Source of the DNA: Octopus sinensis
Taxonomy: Eukaryota
NCBI RefSeq assembly: GCF_006345805.1
Contig: NC_043000.1
Span: 102,114,001-102,178,000 of the forward strand
Length of the DNA stretch: 64,000 bases
Reading direction: 5' to 3'
The position numbers were made by a program, and so were the translations under genes. Shown here piece after piece: positions 13,208 through 26,949 of the stretch (position 1 is its first letter; each line of letters starts with the position of its first letter). The notes under the pieces were generated by a model, which had not been told where the DNA came from, made no database searches, and was given only the letters and a program-made list of their open reading frames with translations.

Positions 13208-16200
13208 TAAAAGAACAATTCGCAATATATCATGAACATGTTGAACCAATTTGTCTTCAGTTTGGCAAATAAATTACATTCCACGTTATTTTATTGGCAG
13301 TCTCTTTTGGTGTGCTGTTGTATTCAGGAAGCATGGCAAAAATAACTTCTCTGGAAATGGCGTATTGATATTTTTATAGTCATACTTCTCTGACAATAAT
13401 CCTTCTTTTATTATATTTTCCTTTCAGGAAACGCTTCAAACAACATCTCCGCTTGTGATTAACTTCGACTGTTATTCGTCGATCTGATCTAATGCACATT
13501 TCTCCCAACCCGGTGTAACACCCGGTGTGTGTGTGTGTGTGGTGTGTGTGTGTGTGTGTGTGTGTGTGGTAGGATATGATACGATATAAGTGGAGGAGAG
13601 AGGCGGAAATTCTCGTAAGCATCGTTTAGGAAGAACTAGCAGGGAATATATTGGTCAAAATATTGACTTCAGCAAATTATATGCAGTATATAGCGGAGCG
13701 ATTACCAATTGTGTTTTTAAAAATGTCTTGATGTAAACCCGATCAGTTACATCATACAAAGCAAGTTGGCTTATTTTTACCTGCAGATAAAAGACTCCTG
13801 AATACTGCACATAACATAGATGGCATAAAAAAATGACAGGGAGCAAACACTAGATCGGTTATCCATTTAGATATCTCTGTTTACATGTGGAAAGGAAAAA
13901 TTACGAAGTAGCCGATGTCTGTAAAACTGGTACTGGGCATTATTTTAACTGCACTATTGACCAAATAGTAATAGAAATCGGAGAAGAGAAAAATATTGGG
14001 AGAATAGCACCATTTATATTCTATTCTTCAGAGATCTGAGTAGTGTTTTGCTTCGAAATAAATATATAATTGCGTGCGAGCGCACGCGTGTGTGTATTTA
14101 TGTTTGTATGTATGTGTATGGATGTGATTATGTATGTATGTAAAAGATAGAAATAGAGAAAAATGTTTTGATGCCATAGTATCTAACATTGAAACCAATA
14201 TTGATTCTATACCAAACGATTCACGATAGTTGTACAACTCCTCTGTTCATATTTAAACTTTATAGTGAACTGCTTGTTACGTGTTAAGGGTCTCTTGTGA
14301 ATAGTATATTTGTCTTGTTCTTTCATGTTTGGTGTTTCACGATTTGCACTGATGATCATTGTAAAGGCATGAACACCATAAGTTCCTGATTTTGTAACAA
14401 ATAACTCTTGCGTTTAACACCTAATTTAATAAAAAATGTTGCAGTCAATCAATGTTTGAAGATAGAATCATTTCTTACCTTGCAATTCCCAGTTTGCAAT
14501 CACTTCTAAGGAATGAGATTACCAACACATACCATTTTCTGCAATCATCATTTAACTTTCTTTTTTTCTTTTTTCTTTCTTTCTTTCTTTGTTTCTTTCT
14601 TTTTCTTCTTCTTTGGCATCCAAAAATTTTCAAACTAAGCTTCAGAGTCCTGTGAATAATTCCTCTGCTCTAAATGCCTCTTAAACACCCCCAATACTTC
14701 AGTAATGCTAGCATTCGGAATTTGCTTAAGACCTGATCCACAGGGGAGCGATAGAAAGAATGGAAACAAACGCTTTTTAAAATTCGTTGTTATTTAGACC
14801 AAAATCAACTTTGATCGGGCAAATTTAATTTGGCCAACCTATTTGATATCTGTTTAGCTTATTCTCTTGATTGATTTTCATATATGTTCTAGGTCATATT
14901 TTAGGTTACTTTTAAGGAAATAAAACTCGGTTTGGTGGGGTAAAATTTCGTTTATCATGAATATATTTAGATGTTTGCCTCCTGAAAAGTCTTTCCTTAC
15001 TATACATCTAAGTTTCATTTGTCTGTTTGTTTTTTTCTTTATTTAGTGGCTTTCCTAAATCAGAGCCGCTTTCAACAAACCCAACTACATTTTTACCATA
15101 GAGATAGATTGAGAGTGCCAGATCTTTACTAGTAAATTTAGCTATCATTTGTATTTTTGCTTCATTGGTTAAATATCGCTAATAAAATTGTTTAGCGTTA
15201 TTTTTTTGAGTGGTATTGTAGAAAATGTTATTGATAGCAAAAAAGATACTGGCTCCAAATATATGAAATAACATATTGACTCATTTGGAAATGTTTATTG
15301 TAGAATTATTAGCTGAATCATGACTCGAAAGGTTTAAATAGTTGTTTTTAATATTTACCGCTACAAAAATACACATAATATATAATTTTCCAGAGTTAAT
15401 GAAATAAAAAAAAAGTACTTGATCAATTTACTGAACAATTGATGATCATATAAAATCAATAAATATCTCATTGCACTTATACATGAGATATTAATTCATG
15501 TTATTAACGAAGAATTTGAGAAATACGAATTAACTGTTTTTCATCAAACTATATTCAATTCATGAAATTTGCCCAGTGAATGCTATTCTGACACACACGC
15601 GCAAAAAAATTGTCAAATTTTATAACATTCTAAAAATTTGAAAATTCTGTTTTAAACTAATAAAAAGGCACTGGTTAACAATGTTTATCTCTTTGGGTTT
15701 TTAATGCAATGAAAGAAAAACTTGGGTGTATTTTTCTGTCTTAAATATGTGCGTTTGAAACACGCACCTCAGGCAAATGTAAATTTTGAATTTAAATCAT
15801 TTTAAACGTTATCTCAATATTTTTTATAGATTGGAGTAATTTGTTGCAGATGATTATGTTTTTTTAAACTATATTACATTTAGATTTTTAGTTTTCCTGT
15901 TAAGAAGTCCGAAATGCAAACAAAAATCAATATTTTACACTACAACAGTAATTTCTTCTGTTTTTACTATTTGTTATGTGAATTCATTTTCACTTTTTAT
16001 GTTTTAATCACGATTTTAGTGTTAAAAACACTATTTTGCCATTCTTGCACTAAACCAAGAAAAAATAAACCTTTAGTTTAAAACTAAAATTCTGATCCTG
16101 AATAGTTATAAGAAGACGTGAACATTTACCTCAACATTGTTCAAAAGAAAAAAGACAAACAACGTGAATGAACCAAAAGTCGTTCTAACTTCATCGTTAA

Positions 16201-16654
16201 AAGAAAACATTCAGCAGAGCTAAACTGTCATATTTTTTTATCGAACTTATACAAGTAGTGATCGTAGCTCAATAGTAATAAAAAAAATAGCATTTCTCTA
16301 TGCAGTTTTACAAAGATAACTTGTCATAAAACACACACGTCATGCTAAAAAGATATTTTAAAAACAAACCGTTTCTACATGTCAAGAAATCTGGCAACAA
16401 ATTCAGTTCTCAAGTAGCCTTTAAATCAATCACTGACTCACGAATGTGGTAACCTTCTCTATCTCTGACGTCGTTCCTTGAAGCTGATGTCATCTTTCAC
16501 ACTGACGCTATCGTATTACTTGACTTCCAGAACTTCTATTTTTTTTCTCCTTAAAATACATCTCAAAAATTTACGCGCGTTCTACAGGACGGAGAGTAAT
16601 TGTTTTATAAGCCAGTTTTAACCCCAGCACGACTACCAAAAGTGCAAACGACTA

Positions 16655-17885
16655 CAACGCGTCCGTCATCTACTACCGCCTGACCGTCGTGCCTTGCCCC
16701 CGTTCGCGCCTCACCAAGTTGGAGCGTCTCCTCTTCAAATTCTTGTGGAGAGGACAGGTTCCATTGGTGAGGCGGCCCGTTTACTGCCAGCACCCTCTAC
16801 ATGGAGAGCTAGGCATACCGTAGCTAATAATGCGTAGACATGTGCTGAGGCTGCGCCCTCTCCAGATATTCTGCCTAAAAGGTGAACAGGTGTGATCACC
16901 ATTATTCAAACAGACCCTTCCCAAGCTCATCTCCTTGACTGAGCAGAAGTCTTGGGTCAAGCAGAGACCTAGACAGGGTGACTGGCTTCTGGAAATTTTC
17001 CAGGTACACACCGCCATCTACCAGGCTGGAAAATCGGTCAGTGGAACATCTACACTCTAGAGGGTTAGTTGTAGGAAAGTGCGATGATGCGCGCGGGAAG
17101 ATTCTGTGTGTCGATGGAGCCAAACTGACCAGTCTGTTCCGGAGGACTTCTGAACCGGGACGATGAATAACTTTCAGGAATCCCTCGCTTCGCAGTGCTA
17201 CCGGGGAGATAAACTCTACAGGCACAGAAGACGGACCTGCCCGGGATGCACGCAGAGCTACGAAACCATTCTGCACGAACACGTCCAGTTTCTGTGAATT
17301 ACTGACTTGTGGAGTTATGTTGAGCTGCTGTCGTTGCGTGTAGGTTGGATCCGGCTATCGACTCGCCGCTTTCCTTTGGCCAAGAAGGGCCGGCAATTTT
17401 CCTCTGTTTGGTTGCAATAGCGAAAGTGGTTGTATGGTGGACCAGGTTGAAAGGACTGAAGACAGACACTTTTCTCTTCGGCCATTCCCAAATCAACTTT
17501 TTCAAATTTTACTTGGAAAGGAAGATGAGTGTAGGGAGAGAAGTGATACCTCCCAATACATTTGATGAAAGGTTGGTGAATGTAGCGAAAATGGCTCATG
17601 TGAGTGGGTCTACTCTAAAAATGCGGCTGTAGGTTGGTGAATTTGAGGAGGACAGGGACACCCTTCCCAAGTACCCTCGAAACATTCGGTGGTTCGGGAT
17701 TGGTGGGGTACGTGAGGTCTGGGTGGTTATCCCCCCTATTGGGGATTTATCATTGGTATAATTTTCTTGTTTAATGTGTATTGTTATTGTTTTCATAATT
17801 GTTTACTCGTTGTTTTGTGTAACATCCCCACTGTCCCCGTCTACTGTATTGTCCCCTATATGTAGGCCCCGGTGACCAATAGATT
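16655..17885 (+). pseudogene. 5'-truncated L1/Tx1-clade LINE (RT C-terminal region, zinc-knuckle, 3' UTR)
   Basis: Peptides ASVIYYRLTVVPCPRSRLTKLERLLFKFLWRGQVPLVRR, TCPGCTQSYETILH (CxxC..H) and ORF 17345-17632 ending ...MAHVSGSTLKMRL*. Confidence 0.8.
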
Positions 17886-18445
17886 TTATCTTTATTGAGT
17901 GAGAGAGCAGTGAATGCCATCAAAGTAACACTGGTGTAAAATACGAAGCCCAGTATACCCAACATGACTACCCATCAGATAAGGGTACACCAGGCACATG
18001 CAACACAACCATATGTGCGCGACATAGTGATCTCATATCAAGATAAACAGCGCATGACCTTGCAGGTGGAGCCCAGTTAAAATTTTCTTCAGGTCGAGTT
18101 GCCCATTCCACTCAAAAGGTCCCTGAATAAATGGTTAAGGATGATGAACAAAGCACCCATATTTCTAAAGGTGAATTATCCAAACCGCAAAGAATTCCTC
18201 TCAAAACATGGCTATGATACTCCCCCACTACTTCTGCTCGTGATCAGAGATACACATATTGTCAGCCACTAAGGGACATGCTGAACCGGTTATGGTCAAC
18301 AACAGACAAGCAAATCTGTGGTATTGAGTAGAATATTTGCTGTAGCCCATCTTTTATATCACGACAAAGCAATGTACACGATAACACTTCCAACTAGTTA
18401 AGATCAGAAGCAATGAAAGCCACTGCTTAGTAATGCATCAGGGCG
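17886..18445 (-). mobile_element. ~550-bp dispersed repeat (second copy at 43086-43640)
   Basis: Reverse complement aligns over its whole length with 43086-43640. Confidence 0.9.
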
Positions 18446-18449
18446 TTGG

Positions 18450-19030
18450 TAGCAAACAAAATGTATCTTCTATCGTTCGCAATATCAAGGTCAGCTATAT
18501 CCTTTCATGATGCTCGTTGACCTTATAGCTTTCTTTGACATCTGATTGATGACAAAAATGTGGAGAACAGGAGGAATATTGCTTCCATTCCTTTAAATAT
18601 ACAAGAAACTAATCATGACTGAGTCACTGGTGACCTTTGATTGCTGTGGTATAGAAACTTTTCCACATCCAGAGAGAATAGTGGCCTCAATACGATGTGC
18701 ATAACCTTCTTTACCACCAGATGTGTCCCATTGCAGAGTGTTGGTGGATCCAAATCCCTCAATAACATTACTGGAGTTACAATCGACGGGGAAGTAGTCC
18801 TGGAGGCTCCAATAAATTGAGAAATTCTGTTGCATAATTTGCTACTTCTCTGGAACTTGGATTGTATCCACTGGCCTATAAAACAGGACTTTCAGGAAGG
18901 TACTGCCGCAGCTGTTCCTTTATTTTACTTACAGTGCTGTTTTTTGAAGCCAGTATTGATCTTTCACAGAGCCAATTAAGATTGTGATAAATTTTCAACC
19001 AATGGAGGATCTCTTTGGAGACATTAAGTC
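18450..19030 (-). pseudogene. Helitron-type Pif1 helicase fragment
   Basis: Frameshifted minus-strand peptides NWLCERSILASKN, NYATEFLNLLEPPGL, PVMLLRDLDPPTLCNGTHLVVKK and HRIEATILSGCGK match the RepHel helicase C-terminal region. Confidence 0.85.
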
Positions 19031-19319
19031 AAGAAATATGATGTAATGAAATAAGATGACAATTGTACATTAATAATGAAATGTCAATAAAAAAGGTAAA
19101 TAATATCAATATCACAGGAAAATTTAAGAAATACATACAATGAACTGAGATGACATAGTTTTGTTAATAATTGAATATTGACAAAAAATGTCAATTGATA
19201 TCAATATTTTAAAAATATGAAAAACGTTTAGCGGATTACTCGCGGAGGATGCAAGGAAAACATTCAATTTCTGAAAGTTACTTCGTAAATAGTTACCTCC
19301 CTCCTTCACATAACCAGGA

Positions 19320-22300
19320 ATTAATGAAAATATTGGATGAAAACGCTTGAAAATGTTTGATGAAAATGTCTGATGAAAATGTTTGACGAAAATGATTGAA
19401 AATTTTGACAATGCCTGATAAATATGTTTGATAATAATAGTTGATGAAATTGTCTGATGAAAATGAACCAGGAAAATGTTTGTTGAAAATGTCTGATGAA
19501 AATATTTGATGAAAAGGTTTGATGAAAACAATTAAAATTGTTAAGAATGCCTGGGAAATATGTTTGATGAAAATAGTTGATGAAAATGTTTAAGGAAAAT
19601 GTCCGATTAAAGTGTTTGATGAAAATGTTTGATGAAAATATTTGGTGAAAATGTTTAATGAAAATGTCCGATGAAAATGTTTGATGAGAGTATTTGAAGA
19701 AAATAGTTGATGAATATGTTGATGAAAATGTTCGATGAAAATGATGAAAATGTTCGATTGAAAATGATGAAAATATCGGATAAAAATATGAAAATATTTG
19801 ACGAAATTAGCTGATGAAAATGTTTGTTCCAAATGTTTGGTGAAAATGTTTAATGAAAATGTCTGATGAAAATGTTTGATGAAAATATCTGATCAAAATG
19901 TGTGATGAATATGTTTGATGAAAATGTTTCATGAAAATGTCTGATGAAAATGATTAAAATGTTTGATAAAAACCTTTGATGAAAATGTTTGTAGAAAATG
20001 TTTGATGAAATCCAATGAACATGATGAAAATGCCGGATAAGAAGGTTTGAAGTAAATATTAGAGGAAAATTTCAAATTACAAGGTTTCATGAAAATGTCT
20101 GACGAAAATGATTGATGAAAATTATTGATGAAAATGTTTAATGAAAATGTAATAGGAAACTGTATGAAGATGTTTCATGAAAATGTTTGATGAAAATGTT
20201 CGATCAAAATGTTTGATCAAAATGTTTCATTAAAATGTTTAGTGAAGATGTTTGATGAAAGTGTTTGATGAAAATGTTTGGTGTAAAAGATTAAAAATGT
20301 TTCATGAAAATGTTTGATGAAAATGTTTGATGAAAATGTTTGATGAAAACGATAAAAATGTTTGATGAAAATGTTTAATGAAGATGCTAGATGAAAATGT
20401 TTGATGAAAATATTTGATGAACACGATTAAAAATGTCTGATAAAAATGCATGATGAACATGTTTAATGAAAATGTTTGATGAACGTGTATGATGAATATG
20501 TTTCATGAAAATATTTGATGAAAATGTCTGATGAAAACGATAAAAATGTTTGATGAAAATGTTTTCATGAAAATGTTCGATGTGGACGATTAAAAAGGTT
20601 TGATGAAAATGTTTGATAAAAATGATTGAAAATGTTTGATGAAGATGTTTCATGAAAATGTTTTATGAAAATGTTTGGTGTAAAAGATTAAAAATGTTTC
20701 ATGAAAATTTTGGATGAAAGCGTTTGATGAAAACGATAAATTATGTTTGATGAAAATGTTTCATGGATATGTTTGATGAATATGTTTGATGGAAATGTTT
20801 GGTGAAAACGTTGATGAAAATGTTAGATGAAAACGATTTTAAATGTTTGATGAAAATGACTGATGAAAATGTTCGATGAATATGTTTGATGCAAATTAGT
20901 AAGATGTATGCTGAAAATGTTTGATGAAAATGTTTGATGAAAACGATTTAAAATGTTTGATAAAAATATTTGATGAAAACGATTAAAAGTGTTGGAAGAA
21001 AATGTTTCATGAAAATGTTTGATGAAAATATTTGTAGAAAAAGATTAGAAATGTTAGATGAAAATGAAAATATTCGATGAAAATGTTTTATGAAAATCCT
21101 TGATGAAAGTGTATGATGAAAACGATTGAAAATCGGTGATGAATATATTTGATGAAAATAATTGCTGAAAATATTAGAGCATTCTGTGATTTAAATGTTT
21201 GATGAAAAAATTCTAAATGTTTGATGAAAATATTTGATGCCTATATGTGATGAAAATGTTTCATGAATATGTCTGATGAAAATGTTTGATAAAAAGTTTT
21301 GGAGGAAAATGTTTGATGAAATTGTTTGATGAAAATGTTTGAGGAAAATGTTTGAGGAAAAAAATTTTAAATGCTTCATGAAAGTTTTTGATGAAAATGT
21401 TTGAGGAAAACGATAAATTATGTTCGATGAAAATGTTTGATGAAATGTTTGATAAAAACTATTAAAATGTTTGATAAAAATGCTTGAAGAAAATGTTTTA
21501 TGAAAATGTTTGATGAAAATGATTAATAATGTTTGATGAAAGTGTTTGATGAATATGTTTGATGAAATGTTTGATAAAAACTATTAAATGCTTGAAAAAA
21601 ATGTTTGATGAAAATGTTTGGTGAAAATATCTATTTTTTATGAAAACGATTAAAAATGTTCCATGGAAATGCTTGATGTAAATTTTTGATTAAAATATTT
21701 CAATGTTTGATGAAAATGTTTGATGAAAACGATTAAAAATGTTTGATGGAAATGTTTGATGAAAATGTTTGATGGTTTGATGAAAAAGATTTAAAATGTT
21801 TCATAAATGTTTTTGATGAAAATGTTTGATGAAAATGTTTCATGGAAATGTTTGATGAAAATGTGTGATGAAAATGTTTCATGAAAATGTTTGATGAATA
21901 TGTTTGATGAAATGTTTAATAAAACCTATTTAAATGTTTTGATGAAAATGTTTGATGAAAACGATTAAAAATGTTTGATGAAAGCGATTAAATATGTTTG
22001 ATGAAAATGTTTGATGAAAATGTTTGATGAAAATGAGTAAGATGTATGCTTAAAACATTTGATGGCATGTTTGATAAAAACTATTTAAAACGTTGGATAA
22101 AAATGTTTGAAGAAAATGTTAAATTTGATGAAAATGTTCGATGAAAATGTTTTATGAAAATACTTGATGAAAGTGTCTGATGAATGATGAAAATGTTTGA
22201 TGAAAACGATTAAAAATATTTGATGAAAGCAATTAAATTTGTTTGATGAAAATGAGTAAGATGTATGCTTAAAATATTTGATGGCATATTTGATAAAAAC

Positions 22301-24095
22301 TATTTAAAACGTTGGATAAAAATGTTTGAAGAAAATGTTTGATGAAAAAATTTGATGAAAATGTTCGATGAAAATGTTTTATGAAAATACTTGATGAAAG
22401 TGTCTGATGAAAACGATTGAAAATCGGTGATGAATATATTTGATGAAAATAATTGCTGAAAATATTAGAGGAAAAATATCTGAAGACATTCTGTGATTTA
22501 AATGTTTGATGAAAACATTCTAAATGTTTGATGAAAATGTTTAATGCCTATATGTGTGGAAAATGTTTGATGAAAATTTTTGAGGAAAATGTTTGATGAA
22601 CATGTTTGTTGTAAGCTTTTAAAAATTATTGATGAAAACGATTAAATATGTTTGATGAAAATGTTTCGTGAAAATCTTTGATGAAAATATTTGATGAAAA
22701 TATTTGCGGAAAACGATTTAAAATGTTTGATGAAAATCTTAGATGAAAATGTTTGATGAAAATGTTTGATGAAATTGATTGACGAAAATGTTTGATGAAA
22801 ATGTTCGATGAAAATGTTTTATGAAAATACTTGATGAAAGTGTATGATGAAAACGATTGAAAATCAGTGATGAATATATTTGACGAAAATGTTTGATGAA
22901 AATATCTGATGTATTTTTTAATGAAAACGATTAAAAATGTTTGATGGTAATGTTTGATGTAAAGGTTTGATGAAAGTATTTCAAGAAAATGTTTGAGGAA
23001 AATGTTTGATGAAAAAGATTAAAAATGTTTCATGATAATTTTTGATGGAAATGTTTGATGAAAACGATTTAAAATGTTTGATGAAAATGTTTCATGGAAA
23101 TATTTGAAGAAAATGTGTGATGAAAATGTTTAATGAAAATATTTAATGAAAATGTTTGATGAAAATGTTTGATGAAAATATTTATTGAAAAAGATTAGAA
23201 ATGTTGGATGAAAATGTTCCATGAAAATGTTTAATGAAAATACTTGATGAAAGTGTATGATGAAAACGATTGAAAATCGGTGATGAATATATTTGATGAA
23301 AATAATTGCTGAAAATATTAGAGGAAAAATATCTGAAGATATTCTGTGATTTAAATGTTTGATGAAAAAATTCTAAATGCTTGATGCTTATATGTGATGA
23401 AAATGTTTGATGGAAAATTTTCGAGGAAAATGTTTGATGAAAATATTTACGGAAAGCGATTAAAAATGTTTCATGAAATTCTTAGATGAAAATGTTTGAT
23501 GAAAATGTTTGATGAAATTGATTGACGAAAATGTTTGATGAAAATGTTTGATGGAAATGTTCGATGAAAATGTTTTATGAAAATACTTGATGAAAGTGTA
23601 TGATGAAAACGATTGAAAATCGGTGATGAATATATTTGATGAAAATGTTTGATGAAAATATCTGATGTATTTTTTGATGAAAACGATTAAAAATGTTTAA
23701 TGGAAATGTTTGATGTAAATGTTTGATGAAAATATTTCAAGAAAATGTTTGAGGAAGATGTTTGATGAAAACGTTTGACGAAAATGTTTGATTAAAAATG
23801 TTTCATGAAAATTTTTGATGGAAATGCTTGATGAAAACGATTAAAAATGTTTGATGAAAATGTTTCATGGAAATGTTTGATAAAAATGTGTGATGAAAAT
23901 GTTTTATGAAAAACCTTGATGAAAATGTTTAATGAAAATGTTTGATAAAAATGATTGAAGAAAATGTTTGATGAAAACGATTAAAAATGTTTGATGAAAA
24001 TTTTGATGAAAATGTCTGATGAAAATGATTGATGAAAATGTTTGTTGAAAATGTTCGCTGAAAATGTCCGATGGAACTGTTTGATGAAAATGTGT
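19320..24095. repeat. 13-bp-unit satellite (ATGTTTGATGAAA)n, ~4.8 kb, with recurrent variant blocks
   Basis: Seen directly. Variants AAAACGATTAAAAATG and GAAAATCGGTGATGAATATATTTG recur. Confidence 0.97.
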
Positions 24096-24100
24096 GATAT

Positions 24101-24470
24101 ACGATCGGCTTCTTTCAGTTTCTTTCTACCAAATCCACTCACACGGCTTTGGTCCTCTCGAGAATATATTAGAAGTCACCTGCCTAAGAAGCCACTTGGT
24201 GGTGTAGAACTCAGAACCATGTGTTTGGGAAGCAAGCTTTCTACCAGCCAGCCATATTTATATATATGTATATATGTACATGTATATGTACATCTATACA
24301 TACATACTTGGCAGCTTTTCACGCGGTTCTAGTACACTAAAGTTTTAACACAAGGTGTTGGTCAAACCAAGGCTTTTGTAGGTGATCATTGCCCAAAGTA
24401 TCACACAGCAGGACTAAACCCAATACAACCTAATTTCAAAGTGAATTCTTTAGCCATATGGCCATAACTG
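24101..24470 (-). mobile_element. Two diverged SINE head fragments
   Basis: Reverse complements resemble GGCTGTGTGGTAAGAAGCTTGCTTCCCAACCACATGGTTC...GAGTGGATTTGGTAGA (24101-24257, and degenerate at 24310-24470). Confidence 0.65.
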
Positions 24471-25292
24471 CATGTACACACCCATCTCTCTTTTTCTTTT
24501 CAATATTTTTTCTAAATTTTGTAATGACCAATAACTGAAAATTTAACATTTTGAATCATTCAACCACATATGACAGCCGACTGTAAAATAATTACCCTGT
24601 TAACTACAAAACAATATCAGCTACGTATTTATTGATTCCAATTTTGTAAAGACCTGAATCTGAAAGAAAAATTCTAGAGCTTAATTTACTGTTGATAAGC
24701 AATGCTTATAATTCTTTTCTCCATCACATGACCTCACATCTGCCATATTCTTTTCAAACTGGAATATTCTGTGGTTAAATAAAAATATTCCTTTTTAATA
24801 TATTGCCATTGCTCTTTATAAACGTTTTTTTTTCTTTCTCTTGTGTATAGGCTCTGCTAAAGACGGTGACGAGTGAATAATTCTGACTGATTTAAAAGAA
24901 AACCAGAATATGATATTTTTAAGGAAAAAATACAAAATAACTAAAACCATTTGGTTTTCCTGTCTGGGCGACGTGCAGAGATATTAATTTGTGAACACTT
25001 TTGGGAAAACTCATTCAATCTTATTTAGTATGGTATTAGTTTTTAAGATTTCAGATGTGATATCAAAAGCCTGACATATCGAACAGTGTTTTGCTAAATA
25101 TAAAAGGAGATATTATTAGAAAAATAATATAATAATACAAAAAAGAAAACTTGTTCACACTTAAGATTGTTTTATTGTTTGCTTTTAATCTAATGTTATA
25201 CCATTTCTACATTCCTACTCTTATATTTCCTCACTTGATATGAATGAAGATAAGATTTGAATGGCGAAAAGTTAGAAAAAGAAAAGTAAAAT

Positions 25293-25369
<77 letters not shown>

Positions 25370-26949
25370 AAAATAACTTTATCCGGTTAAATGCGTGTTG
25401 TGATGTAAAATAACGAATATATATATTGTAATATATTTGGCAAGATGTTTATCTGAAATCGTCTATTATATTGTAAATATTGTCTTTTGGTAGGGTCAGT
25501 TTTAAAGCAATACACTAATGCACACAAACACACACACAAATACACGCACACATATACATATATACATTATTAGTATCTAATTCTTTATTATTCAATTATT
25601 TGTCTGTGTTTATCCAGATATTTTATAACATTCTTTTGACCTGTTCATTGATTACTGCCGTAGGTTCCTTTTGTTTTCCTCTAGTACTTGTTCTAGTTTT
25701 GCTGCAAATGATACAATGCAAACTTTACCACTTTAAAAATTTCCATGAGTTTTTATATATTTCATTTTTAGTCCTGCGTGAATTCTGTTCGAGCATATGA
25801 CCAAAAGCATCTTATCTGTAACCATTCCGTACTTTTAAGGCTATACGGGACCATGTTACCCAATGAGTCTTTATTTTTATTTTTATTTCACCGCTTAGTC
25901 AGAGGAAGAAATGTAGCACCTATGATACCTTTCAGGGTCTCCTAAACTAATGAGATGGAGAAAATTATCTTAAGATGGGAATCATAGTGCGAAAGCTTTC
26001 AATGGTATGGATTCCACTAAATACAAAAGAACATCACTTCATGGTGTTAAACTGTGTGACGGATTAAGCTTACCACCCTAAAAAGGTTTTTCGACAGCTT
26101 TCCACTAAATAATGTATAATTTGAATGTGATTTGCTTGCTATTTCTAGCAGGCCATACTACCATACAGAAGCTTCCTAGTTTTGTTTCTATATTAGTCAA
26201 GAGAGAACGCAGTGCTTTTGATTTTACACAGGGCCTAGGAGATTTATGGGAGTGAGGTATCATCAAACCAGACGCTTAGCCCAAATGTTTGCAAGAATGG
26301 ACACCATTAAAGGCAACGAAGACGCTAGATGGTCGTCTTAAACTGGGTGATAGATAAAGTCTACCACTTAGGTAGACCCTGACGAGATTTGAACTCAGAG
26401 CCAAAATAAAAACGGAAAAGCATCCGATTTGACGTTGTTAAAAAGAGGATTCCCCATTTTCATATACAATATCCAAAATATTAGCTAACCTAAGTAATTA
26501 AGGACACCCAGAGCAGTTTCTTAAAGTCATTTCACTATCTCCTCTCTCAACATTACTCCACCGTCATCCTAGTCTATGTTTCATTATTGTCTCCCGTCTT
26601 ATTTACAATTGATACTTTGAATTCCGTTTGATTACGTCTGCGATCTTTCACAAGTCTTATTCTGACTCCTTTTCTAACCAGAGACATCGGCTTGTAATGT
26701 TAGTCCGCCTTCATTTTATCTCACACGATATATCAATATATTCCCAATTGGTTTTGAGCCAATGAGAGAACAGTCACCCACAAGAGTAGTTCTCTCTCTC
26801 TCTCACTTTCTATTCTGTCTGTCTCTCTGTCTCTGTCTCTGTCTCTTTTTCTGGAGGACTAGCGTCCGAAACCTTGTACCGCTCTTCTTCCTCACGATAT
26901 AAAGCATATTCCAATGTTTTTAATTACTTTTTTACTATTTTTTAGCATA

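Noticed and set aside
19124-21379. ORFs with FHQTFSSNIFIKH periodicity
   Set aside because: They are simply the 13-bp satellite read on the minus strand; the + strand is full of TGA stops.
19320-24095. Satellite as a CRISPR-like array
   Set aside because: Monomers are contiguous with no unique spacers and no cas genes, and the context is eukaryotic.
26851-26878. CTGGA GGAC-TAGC-GTCC GAAAC CTT GTA hammerhead-like string
   Set aside because: Stem II and GAAAC are present, but the core lacks two nucleotides and no stem I can be formed. At best a relic.
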